52,763 bases of DNA from Ignavibacteriales bacterium. GTDB lineage: Bacteria > Bacteroidota > Ignavibacteria > T3Sed10-11. The stretch is taken from assembly GCA_003567775.1 (NCBI GenBank), contig PWYR01000003.1:1-52763 (forward strand), written 5' to 3'. Both the position numbers and the translations under genes were made by a program. The notes under the pieces were generated by a model. That model was not told where the DNA came from, searched no databases, and saw only the letters and a program-made list of their open reading frames with translations. Position 1 is the stretch's first letter; each line of letters begins with the position of its first letter. Below, piece after piece: positions 8,694 to 17,974 of the stretch.

Positions 8694-9275
8694 ATGCGAC
8701 ATTTAAAGATATGGGTGGAATCATTCGCCGCGAAGCCGTATGCATTGTGGGCTTTATTTATTATTGCCTTTGTTGAAGCATCGTTCTTTCCCATACCACC
8801 TGATGCTTTGCTGTTGACGCTTGCAGTAATGTACCCGAAAAGATCGTATCTGTTTGCACTGGTGTGTGCGGCAGGATCGGTGTCGGGTGCGTTTTTAGGA
8901 TATTACATAGGATATGCGTTCTTTGAATTAATCGGGTCGCGTATACTTGAATTTTACGGAGCAATGGAACATTTTGAGACGGTACTGATCAAATACAGAG
9001 AACATGGGTTTCTGGCTATTGTATTTGCAGGATTTACACCGATACCGTTTAAAGTGTTCACGATCGCTGCGGGGTTTAATTTAACCATTCCGCTCGGAAC
9101 GCTGGCGCTTGCATCGTTGATCGGCAGATCGCTGCGGTTTTTTCTTGTTGCCACATTTTTCTATTTTCTTGGACCGCGAATTAAAGTGTATATCGATAAA
9201 TATTTCGATTTTTTTGCAATAGCTTTTATGGTGCTTTTGGTGGCAGGATTTATCGCTGTGCGGTTATTATTATAA
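8694..9275 (+). CDS. YqaA/DedA-family (SNARE-associated) membrane protein
   Basis: 'FVEASFFPIPPDALLL' motif and 4-5 hydrophobic helices. ATG 8694 is preferred over the TTG 8673 of the ORF track. Confidence 0.75.
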   Translation: MRHLKIWVESFAAKPYALWALFIIAFVEASFFPIPPDALLLTLAVMYPKRSYLFALVCAAGSVSGAFLGYYIGYAFFELIGSRILEFYGAMEHFETVLIKYREHGFLAIVFAGFTPIPFKVFTIAAGFNLTIPLGTLALASLIGRSLRFFLVATFFYFLGPRIKVYIDKYFDFFAIAFMVLLVAGFIAVRLLL

Positions 9276-9300
9276 TGACATTTTGATTTGATCGATTTTT

Positions 9301-9816
9301 ATGACTGATATAAAATCGAAAATTGTTGAGATTTGTATCTTTACCCGTAATGATGTCGCACCGAAATATTTATTGTTGAAACGTTCCGAGACTGAAGACA
9401 TCTACCCCGGTATATGGCAATTTGTTACCGGCGGGATACACAACGGCGAAAAAGCATATCAAGCCGCATATCGTGAGATGCATGAAGAAACAGGATTATC
9501 GGTGCAGCGTTTTTTCACGGCGCCGCACGTAAGCATATTTTACGACGCCGGATACGATGCAGTAAACCTCTCTCCGCTATTCGCAGCCGAGATCGGCGAT
9601 GCAAATACACCGAAGCTGTCGCCTGAACATAAAGAATTCCGTTGGTGTTCGTATGGCGATGCAGATGAATTGCTTGTGTGGCCCGGACAGAAGCAGGGAC
9701 TCGAAATTGTACATCGCTACATTGTCGGAGAGAAAGTAGCAGGACGGCTTTTAGATATTACCGGTAAAATTTCATTGAATCATCGGGCGCCGGGGAGTAC
9801 TTCAAAGAGAGAATAA
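9301..9816 (+). CDS. NUDIX hydrolase
   Basis: Complete Nudix box 'GGIHNGEKAYQAAYREMHEETGL' (G-x5-E-x7-REUxEExGU). Confidence 0.85.
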   Translation: MTDIKSKIVEICIFTRNDVAPKYLLLKRSETEDIYPGIWQFVTGGIHNGEKAYQAAYREMHEETGLSVQRFFTAPHVSIFYDAGYDAVNLSPLFAAEIGDANTPKLSPEHKEFRWCSYGDADELLVWPGQKQGLEIVHRYIVGEKVAGRLLDITGKISLNHRAPGSTSKRE

Positions 9817-9851
9817 TATACGTCGAATAATATATTTGGAAGGAGAATAAC

Positions 9852-10766
9852 GTGAGTTTACTTGTAGTAGGTTCGGTTGCACTTGATACCGTTGAGACGC
9901 CGCATGGTAAAGGTGTTGATATATTGGGAGGATCGGCAACATACATAGCATCATGCGCGAGATATTTTATTGAACCTGTTCGGTTGGTGGGTATTGTCGG
10001 GAGTGATTTCCCGCAGAAGTATCTGGATTTTTTGAGAGAGAGCAATATCGATTTGGAAGGGCTGCAAATCCGTGATGGTGAAAAAACATTTCGGTGGGGG
10101 GGAAAGTATGACGAACATCTCAGCGGACGTGACACGCTCTTTACGGAACTGAATGCATTCGAAAAATTCGATCCGGTTATTCCGGAAGCATATCGACAGA
10201 GTGATTATGTATGTCTCGGAAATATCGATCCCGGATTGCAACTTCGTGTGCTCGATCAAATGACAAAGCCAAAAATGGTAATCGGCGATACAATGAATTT
10301 TTGGATCAAGGGAAGAAGAGATGAGCTGCTGAAAACGATCAGGCGCTTGCACGTCTTCATCCTGAGCGATTCCGAGGCGCAAATGCTTTCGGGAACAAAA
10401 AATCTGGTCAAAGCAGGAACACAGATACTTGAAATGGGTCCACCAGTTGTGGTAATTAAAAAAGGTGAACATGGCGCTTTATTGATAACGAAAGATGCAA
10501 TGTTCACCGCGACTGCGTATCCGCTTGAATCGGTCTATGATCCGACAGGCGCCGGGGACGCATTCGCCGGCGGATTTCTCGGGTGGGTTGCAAAAACAGA
10601 TGATCATTCATTCGAGAATTTAAAACGAGCGGTGATTTACGGAAATGTTATGGCGTCATTTTGTATCGAGAAATTCAGTGTCGATGCAATTAAAAATATA
10701 CAAAGCAGTGATATTGAAAATCGTGTAAAAACGATTTACCAATTATCGCAATTTGAAGTGGTGTAA
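9852..10766 (+). CDS. PfkB/ribokinase-family carbohydrate or nucleoside kinase
   Basis: 304 aa with 'GGSATYIA' and PfkB signature 2 'DPTGAGDAFAGGFLG'. GTG start preceded by ggaaggag. Confidence 0.85.
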   Translation: MSLLVVGSVALDTVETPHGKGVDILGGSATYIASCARYFIEPVRLVGIVGSDFPQKYLDFLRESNIDLEGLQIRDGEKTFRWGGKYDEHLSGRDTLFTELNAFEKFDPVIPEAYRQSDYVCLGNIDPGLQLRVLDQMTKPKMVIGDTMNFWIKGRRDELLKTIRRLHVFILSDSEAQMLSGTKNLVKAGTQILEMGPPVVVIKKGEHGALLITKDAMFTATAYPLESVYDPTGAGDAFAGGFLGWVAKTDDHSFENLKRAVIYGNVMASFCIEKFSVDAIKNIQSSDIENRVKTIYQLSQFEVV

Positions 10767-10773
10767 AAAGACC

Positions 10774-11823
10774 ATGCGTGCGATTGAATGGGATGGGAAA
10801 AAATTTAAACTCCTCGATCAAACCAAGCTGCCGGAATCGGTTGAGTATATTATCACGGATGATTATCGTGTCATTATAGAAGCTATCAAGCATCTTTCGG
10901 TCCGGGGAGCGCCGGCGATCGGCATTGCAGCGGCTTTCGCACTCGCCTTTGCATCAATGAGGATCAAAGCTAATGCACCGAAGCAGTATTTAAGAGAACT
11001 TGAAAACATTGCACGGGAGATCGAATCGGCGCGACCTACCGCTGTAAATCTTCGATGGGCAATTCAACGGTTACTGAAGCTTGCGCATGCCTTGCAAGAT
11101 GTAAAATCAATTCCTGCGATATTACTTGATGAAGCTGAGCGTATACGTCGGGAAGATATAGAGATGTGTAAGCAAATCGGTATCAAAGGCGCCGGTTTAC
11201 TTCCCGAATCGGGGGGCGTTATCACGCACTGCAATACGGGTGCGCTTGCAACGGGTGATCACGGAACCGCTCAAAGTGTTATAGTAACTGCAATAAAACA
11301 GGGGAAAAAATTGCATGTTTATGTCGATGAAACCCGTCCGCTGTTACAGGGTGCGAGGTTAACAATGTTTGAATTGCAGGCGCGCGGTGTGGAGACAATT
11401 TTGATCACCGACAATGCGGCTGCTTTTGTGATGACGCAGGGTAAAGCAAACCTTGTTATTACCGGCGCCGACAGGATTGCCGCAAACGGCGATACTGCGA
11501 ATAAGATCGGGACCTATGGTCTCGCTGTTTTAGCGAAATATCATGGTATTCCTTTTTACATAGCCGCGCCAACGAGTACTATCGATCTCGATTGTCCCGA
11601 CGGCAGTACAATTCCGATCGAAATGCGTGATCCGAAGGAGGTGACGCGTCCATTCGGTGTGCAGATAGCACCCGACGGTGTTGATGTTTATTCTCCTGCA
11701 TTCGATATAACACCGAATGAATTGATCACCGCAATTATAACCGAACATGGAGTCATATCGCCTCCGTATAAAGAAAATTTAAAAAACCAGACCGCAGCCG
11801 GAAAGGTTAAGCAACCGGTATGA
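10774..11823 (+). CDS. mtnA: S-methyl-5-thioribose-1-phosphate isomerase (eIF-2B alpha/beta/delta-like family)
   Basis: 'IEWDGKKFKLLDQTKLP', 'VRGAPAIGIAAAFAL', 'HCNTGALATGDHGTAQSVI', 'VDETRPLLQGARLT' and 'GADRIAANGDTANKIGTY'. ATG 10774 is preferred over TTG 10753. Confidence 0.85.
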   Translation: MRAIEWDGKKFKLLDQTKLPESVEYIITDDYRVIIEAIKHLSVRGAPAIGIAAAFALAFASMRIKANAPKQYLRELENIAREIESARPTAVNLRWAIQRLLKLAHALQDVKSIPAILLDEAERIRREDIEMCKQIGIKGAGLLPESGGVITHCNTGALATGDHGTAQSVIVTAIKQGKKLHVYVDETRPLLQGARLTMFELQARGVETILITDNAAAFVMTQGKANLVITGADRIAANGDTANKIGTYGLAVLAKYHGIPFYIAAPTSTIDLDCPDGSTIPIEMRDPKEVTRPFGVQIAPDGVDVYSPAFDITPNELITAIITEHGVISPPYKENLKNQTAAGKVKQPV

Positions 11824-12599
11824 TAAAAAAGGTTGAGGCGCTCGTGCTTCGCTCGATAGATTATCAAGAGAGCAGTAAAATTCTTACGATCTTTACTCGT
11901 GAACTGGGTGCATCGGGCGTGATTGTGAAAGGTGCGCGTCGTGCAAAGAATAAATTCGGAGCGTCGCTTGAGCCGCTGGCGCATATTCATGCCGTACTAT
12001 ACATAAAGGAATCCCGGGAGTTGCAGCTCCTGACCGATGCGGAGCTTATCTCGTCATTCCCGAAAATTCAGCGTGATTTTGAGAAACTATTCCTATCACT
12101 TTCAATTCTTGAACTTGTTTATATTATCACGCGACATGACGGACAAAGTGAATCATTGTTCGATCTGTTGATAGAGACTTTGAAGATTATCGAAAATGCA
12201 ACTAATTCGGTGGTATTGCTGTTTTATTATTTTGAGGTCCGTGTTATCGAATTGCTCGGTTTTCAACCATCAATCGAAGGATGTGCTTCGTGCAATAAAA
12301 ATGTATATGATTTGTTGGATCAGGGGGAAAAGCGTGCACTATTTGAGCTCGGGCGGGGATCCTTTCAATGCGAATCATGCTTTCCTGTGCTGGGCGCCGA
12401 ATTCTCCGTCGATTTAAAAGCGATAGCATTATGGGAACAATTAAGCCGTTTAAACGTCAAAGAAATCAAGGGGCTAATTTTTAATACTGAAATACAAGGC
12501 GATCTTGATCGGGTAATATCTATGTATCTGGAACATCATCAACCAGAGATGCGAAAACTGCGGGCAAAACAGATGTTTGACGCAATACGAAATCAATAG
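11820..12599 (+). CDS. recO: DNA repair protein RecO
   Basis: N-terminal OB fold 'EALVLRSIDYQESSKILTIFTRELG', and a zinc motif 'CASCNK...CESC'. ATGA overlap with mtnA. Confidence 0.85.
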   Translation: MIKKVEALVLRSIDYQESSKILTIFTRELGASGVIVKGARRAKNKFGASLEPLAHIHAVLYIKESRELQLLTDAELISSFPKIQRDFEKLFLSLSILELVYIITRHDGQSESLFDLLIETLKIIENATNSVVLLFYYFEVRVIELLGFQPSIEGCASCNKNVYDLLDQGEKRALFELGRGSFQCESCFPVLGAEFSVDLKAIALWEQLSRLNVKEIKGLIFNTEIQGDLDRVISMYLEHHQPEMRKLRAKQMFDAIRNQ

Positions 12600-12679
12600 C
12601 AAAGTATTTGATATTTTGTAATATACGAGGTACCTTATAGGTAACAGAAATAATTTTATTCGGTAAAAGGAGGGGCTAT

Positions 12680-14233
12680 ATGAATGCAAAGTCGGTGTTA
12701 GCCGCAGTACTACTAATTGGTGTGGGAATTGTTTTCGGCGTCATACTGGTTTCCAATTTCAATTCGTTGGATCAGAGCTATGCGTTGACAAATCCGAACG
12801 TTGTGATCGGTGTTCAGGACAGAGGCGACCGGAATCCGCAAATTGATCCGCACGCACTGAGTGAGTCGTTTATTTATGCTGCCGAACTAACCGTTCCGAC
12901 GGTGGTGAATATTACCGTTACTGCTACACGAGAATCGGGACGTACACCAAGATGGTTTGAAGAATTTCATCGTTTCTTCGGCCCCGATTTTGATCCGCCG
13001 CAAAACGAACAAAGGCGCCAACCGAGGCAGGGATCCGGATCGGGTGTTATAGCAACATCGGACGGGTATATCATCACAAATAATCACGTTGTTGCAGGCG
13101 CCGACAGAGACGGTATTAAAGTGACGCTCAACGACAGGCGGGAGTATACGGCTGAGCTTGTCGGCACCGATGAAAACACAGATCTTGCCGTTATTAAAAT
13201 CGATGCAGAAAATCTTCCGGCGGCAGATTTTGGCGACTCGGACAATTTACGCGTCGGTGAATGGGTGCTCGCTGTCGGTAATCCGTTGCAACTTACTTCA
13301 ACGGTAACACACGGAATTGTAAGTGCTCTCGGACGGGGCGGACTTCGGGTTATAGATCGTCAATACGGAATCGAGAACTTCATCCAGACAGATGCTGCAA
13401 TTAACCCCGGTAACAGCGGTGGTCCCCTGGTAAACCTGCGCGGCGAGGTTATTGGAATTAATGTTGCTATAGCTACGACAACTGCACGATTCCAGGGCTA
13501 CGGATTTGCTATTCCCGTTAATCTTGCGAGAGTAGTTGTCGAAGATATAATTCATCACGGGTATGTCCGGAGAGCACATCTCGGCGTACAAATTGATATG
13601 ATCGATGAAACGACTGCACGAGCGCTTGGAATGGACAAAGTCGCAGGTGTTTTAGTGCAAGAAATTTTGGATAACAGTCCGGCAGAGCGTGCAGGTATAC
13701 AGGCGGGTGATGTTATTTTAAAAGTTGATGGCAAGGAAGTAAATCAACCGAATGAACTTCAAATGGAAATTGCACGGCGACGACCGGATACCGATGTACT
13801 AATCAGAGTATTGAGGAACGGCAGGGAACAGGATATAAACGTCACGCTCCGAACACTCGGTGAGGATGATCCGATAGCGGAAGATAGATCGACACGCGAA
13901 CGTCGTACCCCGGAGCCGGTCGAACCTGAAACCGTTGAAATGGAAAACCTCGGGTTAACGTTGCGCCCGCTTGACGCCGACACGCGAGAGCAAAGGGATG
14001 TGCAATCGGGAGTGCTGGTCGATAATGTTGAACGCTTTAGCGTTGCTCATGAGCGAAACATCGTACCCGGCGATATTATCGTGGAGGTCGATCGTAATCC
14101 GGTAAAAGATATCTCGGAATTCAGATCGATTATCGACGGGAAAAAAGCGGGAGAGGCGCTTATGATTCGGGTAAAAGGTCCCGACGGAAATTTCCGTTTT
14201 GTTGCATTAAGTATACCAAAAGATCCGAGTTAA
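12680..14233 (+). CDS. Periplasmic serine endoprotease of the HtrA/DegP/DegQ family with two PDZ domains
   Basis: Catalytic triad contexts 'TNNHVV', 'DLAVIKI' and 'GNSGGPLVN'. Two PDZ-like segments. N-terminal TM/signal anchor. Confidence 0.9.
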   Translation: MNAKSVLAAVLLIGVGIVFGVILVSNFNSLDQSYALTNPNVVIGVQDRGDRNPQIDPHALSESFIYAAELTVPTVVNITVTATRESGRTPRWFEEFHRFFGPDFDPPQNEQRRQPRQGSGSGVIATSDGYIITNNHVVAGADRDGIKVTLNDRREYTAELVGTDENTDLAVIKIDAENLPAADFGDSDNLRVGEWVLAVGNPLQLTSTVTHGIVSALGRGGLRVIDRQYGIENFIQTDAAINPGNSGGPLVNLRGEVIGINVAIATTTARFQGYGFAIPVNLARVVVEDIIHHGYVRRAHLGVQIDMIDETTARALGMDKVAGVLVQEILDNSPAERAGIQAGDVILKVDGKEVNQPNELQMEIARRRPDTDVLIRVLRNGREQDINVTLRTLGEDDPIAEDRSTRERRTPEPVEPETVEMENLGLTLRPLDADTREQRDVQSGVLVDNVERFSVAHERNIVPGDIIVEVDRNPVKDISEFRSIIDGKKAGEALMIRVKGPDGNFRFVALSIPKDPS

Positions 14234-14272
14234 AAAACTAAAATAAATAAATTGATATCGAATCACACAAAG

Positions 14273-14311
14273 CGTCTCGCTCAAGGGAAGAATTCCGGGC
14301 GGGACGTTTTT
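14273..14311 (+). terminator. Rho-independent terminator after the HtrA gene
   Basis: cgtctcgc (14273-14280) pairs with gcgggacg (14299-14306) as 8 bp including one G-U, followed by ttttt. Confidence 0.6.
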
Positions 14312-14322
14312 ATATGTAAGGA

Positions 14323-15510
14323 GTGATCGTGATACGGTTTCTGACAGCAGGTGAGTCGCACGGTCAGGCGCTTGTCGGTATTCTCGAGGGAATGCCTGCC
14401 GGCTTGGAAATTGAACAGTCGTATATCAATCATCAACTAAAACGTCGTCAACAAGGGTATGGACGCGGCGGAAGGATGAAGATAGAAAAAGACGAAGTTA
14501 ATATCCTTTCCGGTATACGATACGGTAGAACCCTCGGCAGTCCGATAGCGCTTATGATAGAGAATCGAGATTGGAAAAATTGGCTTGAAGTAATGGCGGT
14601 TGAGGGTGAGCGCCCCGAGAGTGTCGAACATATCGGCGTTGTTCGACCGGGACATGCAGATTACAGCGCGACTAAGAAATACAGATATGATGATGTCCGG
14701 AATGCTATTGAACGGGCAAGCGCCCGTGAAACGGCAATACGTGTTGCTTTGTGTACGATCATTCGCAAGTTTCTTGAAGATGTTGGAATTTTTATCGGTA
14801 GCCACGTGATCCGCATCGGTTCGGCTTCGTACAAATTACGTAAAGATATCGATGCTAAAATAAATGAGTGGACACAGGCAAGCTGCGGCGCTTATAAAGT
14901 GACCGAGGAGGCGGATAAATCGGAAGTGCGGATACTATCGCCGGAGGTAAGCGATCGGGCAATCGATGCTATTAAGAAGGTAAAAAAAACAGGCGATACA
15001 CTCGGCGGGGTTTTCGAGGTGCTGGTGACCGGAGTGCCGGAAGGTCTTGGAAGTCATGTTCATTATGACCGAAAAATAGAAGCACAGTTGTCAAAAGCGA
15101 TAATGGCAATCCCTGCGGTAAAAGCTGTTGAAATCGGTGAGGGTATCGAAAACGCCGGAAAGCCGGGTTCGGAAGTACAGGATGAAATGTTCCCGAACGA
15201 GGATGGAACAGTAAAGCGGCAGACAAACAGAGCCGGAGGAATCGAAGGGGGGATTACGGTTGGTGAGAATCTGGTCATACGTGGATTTATGAAACCTATT
15301 GCTACGCTGATGCAGCCGCTTCAAACCGTGGATCTACGAACCGGGAAGGCAGTCGCTGCCCGGCGGGAGCGCTCCGATTTTTGCGCCGTACCTGCGTGTT
15401 CAGTAATCGGTGAGGCGGTAGTGGCGCCTGTTCTTGCAAACGCATTCGTCGAGAAATATGGTGGTGATTCAATGGAAGAAATTTATGAAAGATGTAAAAA
15501 AACTGCATGA
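14323..15510 (+). CDS. aroC: Chorismate synthase
   Basis: 'FLTAGESHG', 'RPGHADY', 'RASARETA' and 'RSDFCAVPA'. GTG start. Confidence 0.95.
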   Translation: MIVIRFLTAGESHGQALVGILEGMPAGLEIEQSYINHQLKRRQQGYGRGGRMKIEKDEVNILSGIRYGRTLGSPIALMIENRDWKNWLEVMAVEGERPESVEHIGVVRPGHADYSATKKYRYDDVRNAIERASARETAIRVALCTIIRKFLEDVGIFIGSHVIRIGSASYKLRKDIDAKINEWTQASCGAYKVTEEADKSEVRILSPEVSDRAIDAIKKVKKTGDTLGGVFEVLVTGVPEGLGSHVHYDRKIEAQLSKAIMAIPAVKAVEIGEGIENAGKPGSEVQDEMFPNEDGTVKRQTNRAGGIEGGITVGENLVIRGFMKPIATLMQPLQTVDLRTGKAVAARRERSDFCAVPACSVIGEAVVAPVLANAFVEKYGGDSMEEIYERCKKTA

Positions 15511-15523
15511 ATTTGCATATTTG

Positions 15524-15552
15524 TTGACAAAACCCCCAATTTATGCTATATT
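15524..15552 (+). promoter_or_regulatory. Consensus sigma-70-type promoter (TTGACA-17 nt-TATATT)
   Basis: TTGACA at 15524-15529, an exact 17-nt spacer, and TATATT at 15547-15552. Lies ~125 nt upstream of the HNH gene start. Confidence 0.55.
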
Positions 15553-15677
15553 TCTATATTTAAGCGTATTTTTGTTTTTCATATTAAATAGGAGTCAGTT
15601 TTTCACTTAAGTGGAGGAGAGTTGTCTTCAACAGTTCGAATGGCAAACATAGGGTAAATGGAAAGTTAAACGCAAAG

Positions 15678-16166
15678 GTGCTTATTCTTAATCATGATTA
15701 TCAACCTATGAGCATCTGCACGGCGAAGAAAGCAATTATTTTGCTTTTTCTGGGTAAAGCTGAACTCATCGAAGCACATGATTCAAAAGTCGTTCGCTCG
15801 GTTTCGTCGTCAATGCCCTTTCCGAGCATTGTTCGGTTGTCGCTGTATGTACGCGTTCCGATCAAAAAGATCATTCTCTCACGAAAAAATATTATACGGA
15901 GAGACGGAAACGCGTGTCAGTATTGTGGTAAATCGCACGTACCGTTAACGGTGGATCACGTTGTTCCAAAGGCGCGCGGAGGAGATGATACGTGGGAAAA
16001 TCTTGTTACTGCTTGTGTTAAATGTAACAATAAGAAAGGAGACAGGACTCCGGAGGAAGCAAATATGCAGCTACAGAAGAAACCGGTACGTCCGAATCAC
16101 GTAACATTTATTCGGCATTTCGTCGGTAAGGTGGATGAAAGATGGAAACCGTACCTCTATATGTAA
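15678..16166 (+). CDS. HNH endonuclease family protein
   Basis: 162 aa with 'CQYCG...LTVDHVVPKARGGDDTWENLVTACVKCNNKK' (HNH/CCCH zinc). The N-terminus 'LILNHDYQPMSI' is typical of the widespread ~170-aa stand-alone HNH family. The GTG start is uncertain. Confidence 0.8.
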   Translation: MLILNHDYQPMSICTAKKAIILLFLGKAELIEAHDSKVVRSVSSSMPFPSIVRLSLYVRVPIKKIILSRKNIIRRDGNACQYCGKSHVPLTVDHVVPKARGGDDTWENLVTACVKCNNKKGDRTPEEANMQLQKKPVRPNHVTFIRHFVGKVDERWKPYLYM

Positions 16167-16208
16167 AAACGATGCCGTGCAAATTTTTTCTGAATATTGC
16201 AGGAGGTT

Positions 16209-17216
16209 ATGACGAATCAAGCGACGCACCAGAAGCAAATTATTCTATCCGGTATGCGCCCTACCGGAAAACTTCATCTCGGACACCTTGTAGGTGCTCT
16301 TGAAAACTGGGTACAACTTCAAACGGAATTTCAGAATTATCATCTCGTTGCCGATTATCACGCATTAACGACGAATCCGGATTCGTCGAAGATTACTGAA
16401 TATACAATCGATATGGTAATAGATTGGCTTGCAGCCGGCATCGATCCGGAAGTAAGTCCGATGTTCAGACAGTCGCAGGTAAAAGAGCATGCCGAATTGC
16501 ATTTAATATTCTCAATGCTTATTACCACGGCGCGGCTGGAACGGAACCCGACATTAAAGGAACAGGTCCGCGATCTGCGGCTTGATACCATTGCTTACGG
16601 GCATCTCGGGTACCCGGTATTACAGGCGGCAGACATATTATTATACAAGGGAGAGGTCGTCCCGGTCGGCGAGGATCAAATGCCGCACATTGAAATTACC
16701 AGAGAGCTTGCACGCAGGTTTAATACACTATACGATACTGTGTTTCCGGAGCCGGATGGACGTTTAACCAATTTTGCAAGATTACCGGGACTCGACGGAA
16801 AGCGGATGAGTAAATCGGTCGGTAATACCATTCTGCTTGCCGACTCACCCGATGAGATTAAAAAGAAAATGCGAACGGCGGTGACCGATCCGCAAAAAAT
16901 AAGAAAAAACGATCCGGGACGACCGGATATTTGTCTTGTGTTTACGTATCATAATAAGTTCAATCCCGATGAGGTGCCGGACGTTCGAACGGGATGTGAA
17001 TCGGGTTCTCTGGGATGTGTCGATTGTAAAGCTCGTTGTGCGGAAAAGATAATCGAATCGCTGACACCGATGCGCGAGAAACGTCTGTATTATGAAGAGA
17101 ATATATCCGAGGTAACGGATATACTTCACGAGGGTGAAAATAAGGCACGCGCGAAGGCGCAGGAAACAATGCAGGATGTTCGTAAGGCGATGAATATGGG
17201 TGTCATGGGTGATTAA
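16209..17216 (+). CDS. trpS: Tryptophan--tRNA ligase
   Basis: 'SGMRPTGKLHLGHLVG' (HIGH region) and 'KMSKS'. The ORF track starts at TTG 16197; ATG 16209 is more likely. Confidence 0.9.
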   Translation: MTNQATHQKQIILSGMRPTGKLHLGHLVGALENWVQLQTEFQNYHLVADYHALTTNPDSSKITEYTIDMVIDWLAAGIDPEVSPMFRQSQVKEHAELHLIFSMLITTARLERNPTLKEQVRDLRLDTIAYGHLGYPVLQAADILLYKGEVVPVGEDQMPHIEITRELARRFNTLYDTVFPEPDGRLTNFARLPGLDGKRMSKSVGNTILLADSPDEIKKKMRTAVTDPQKIRKNDPGRPDICLVFTYHNKFNPDEVPDVRTGCESGSLGCVDCKARCAEKIIESLTPMREKRLYYEENISEVTDILHEGENKARAKAQETMQDVRKAMNMGVMGD

Positions 17217-17252
17217 TGAGGTGTTTATTCTTATAATTTATATGCTATTACA

Positions 17253-17969
17253 ATGTATAAAATAAAACTCCAGGATTTTGAAGGTCCGTTCGACCTTCTT
17301 TTGTTTTTTGTGAAGCGGGATGAACTCGATGTATATGACATACCGATTGCACGTATAACAAAAGAATTTTTGGAGTACATCCAGATAATGCAAATTCTTG
17401 ACCTGGATGTTGCAGGCGATTTCATTGTAACGGCGTCAACGCTGATGCAGATTAAAGCGCGAATGCTTTTACCGAGAAATGAGAATGGTGAGGATGAGGA
17501 GGAAGACCCCCGCGCCGATTTGGTGCGACGATTGCTCGAGTATAAGCGATATAAAGAAATGTCGTTCAAACTTGCCAGGTTAGAAGCGCGTCAAACAAAA
17601 CTTTACAACCGGACGAATTTTAGATACGACGAACGCGAAATCGAAGACGATGAAGACGAAGATATACTGAAAAACGTTACGCTCTTCGATTTAATCGCTT
17701 CGTTCAAGCGGGCTATCGATAAGATGCCCCGGATCAAGCATCACAGTATAGAAAAAGTTCCGGTGACGGTGGAAGAGCAAATGAATTTAATTTACGATAA
17801 ATTGGAAAAAGAAGGTAAGCTTGCATTCTATCGGCTTATTTCAAATATGCGACGGATTGAAATCGTAGTAACGTTCATTGCGATTCTGGAAATGGCTCGA
17901 TCAAACCGGATTTCCTTTGAACAAAGAACTCCTTATGAAGATTTTGTCATTCTAAAACAAGCGTCGTAG
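17253..17969 (+). CDS. scpA: Segregation and condensation protein A
   Basis: 'FEGPFDLLLFFVKRDELDVYDIPIARIT' N-terminus, with a kleisin-like C-terminal winged helix. Confidence 0.9.
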   Translation: MYKIKLQDFEGPFDLLLFFVKRDELDVYDIPIARITKEFLEYIQIMQILDLDVAGDFIVTASTLMQIKARMLLPRNENGEDEEEDPRADLVRRLLEYKRYKEMSFKLARLEARQTKLYNRTNFRYDEREIEDDEDEDILKNVTLFDLIASFKRAIDKMPRIKHHSIEKVPVTVEEQMNLIYDKLEKEGKLAFYRLISNMRRIEIVVTFIAILEMARSNRISFEQRTPYEDFVILKQAS

Positions 17970-17974
17970 GATTC

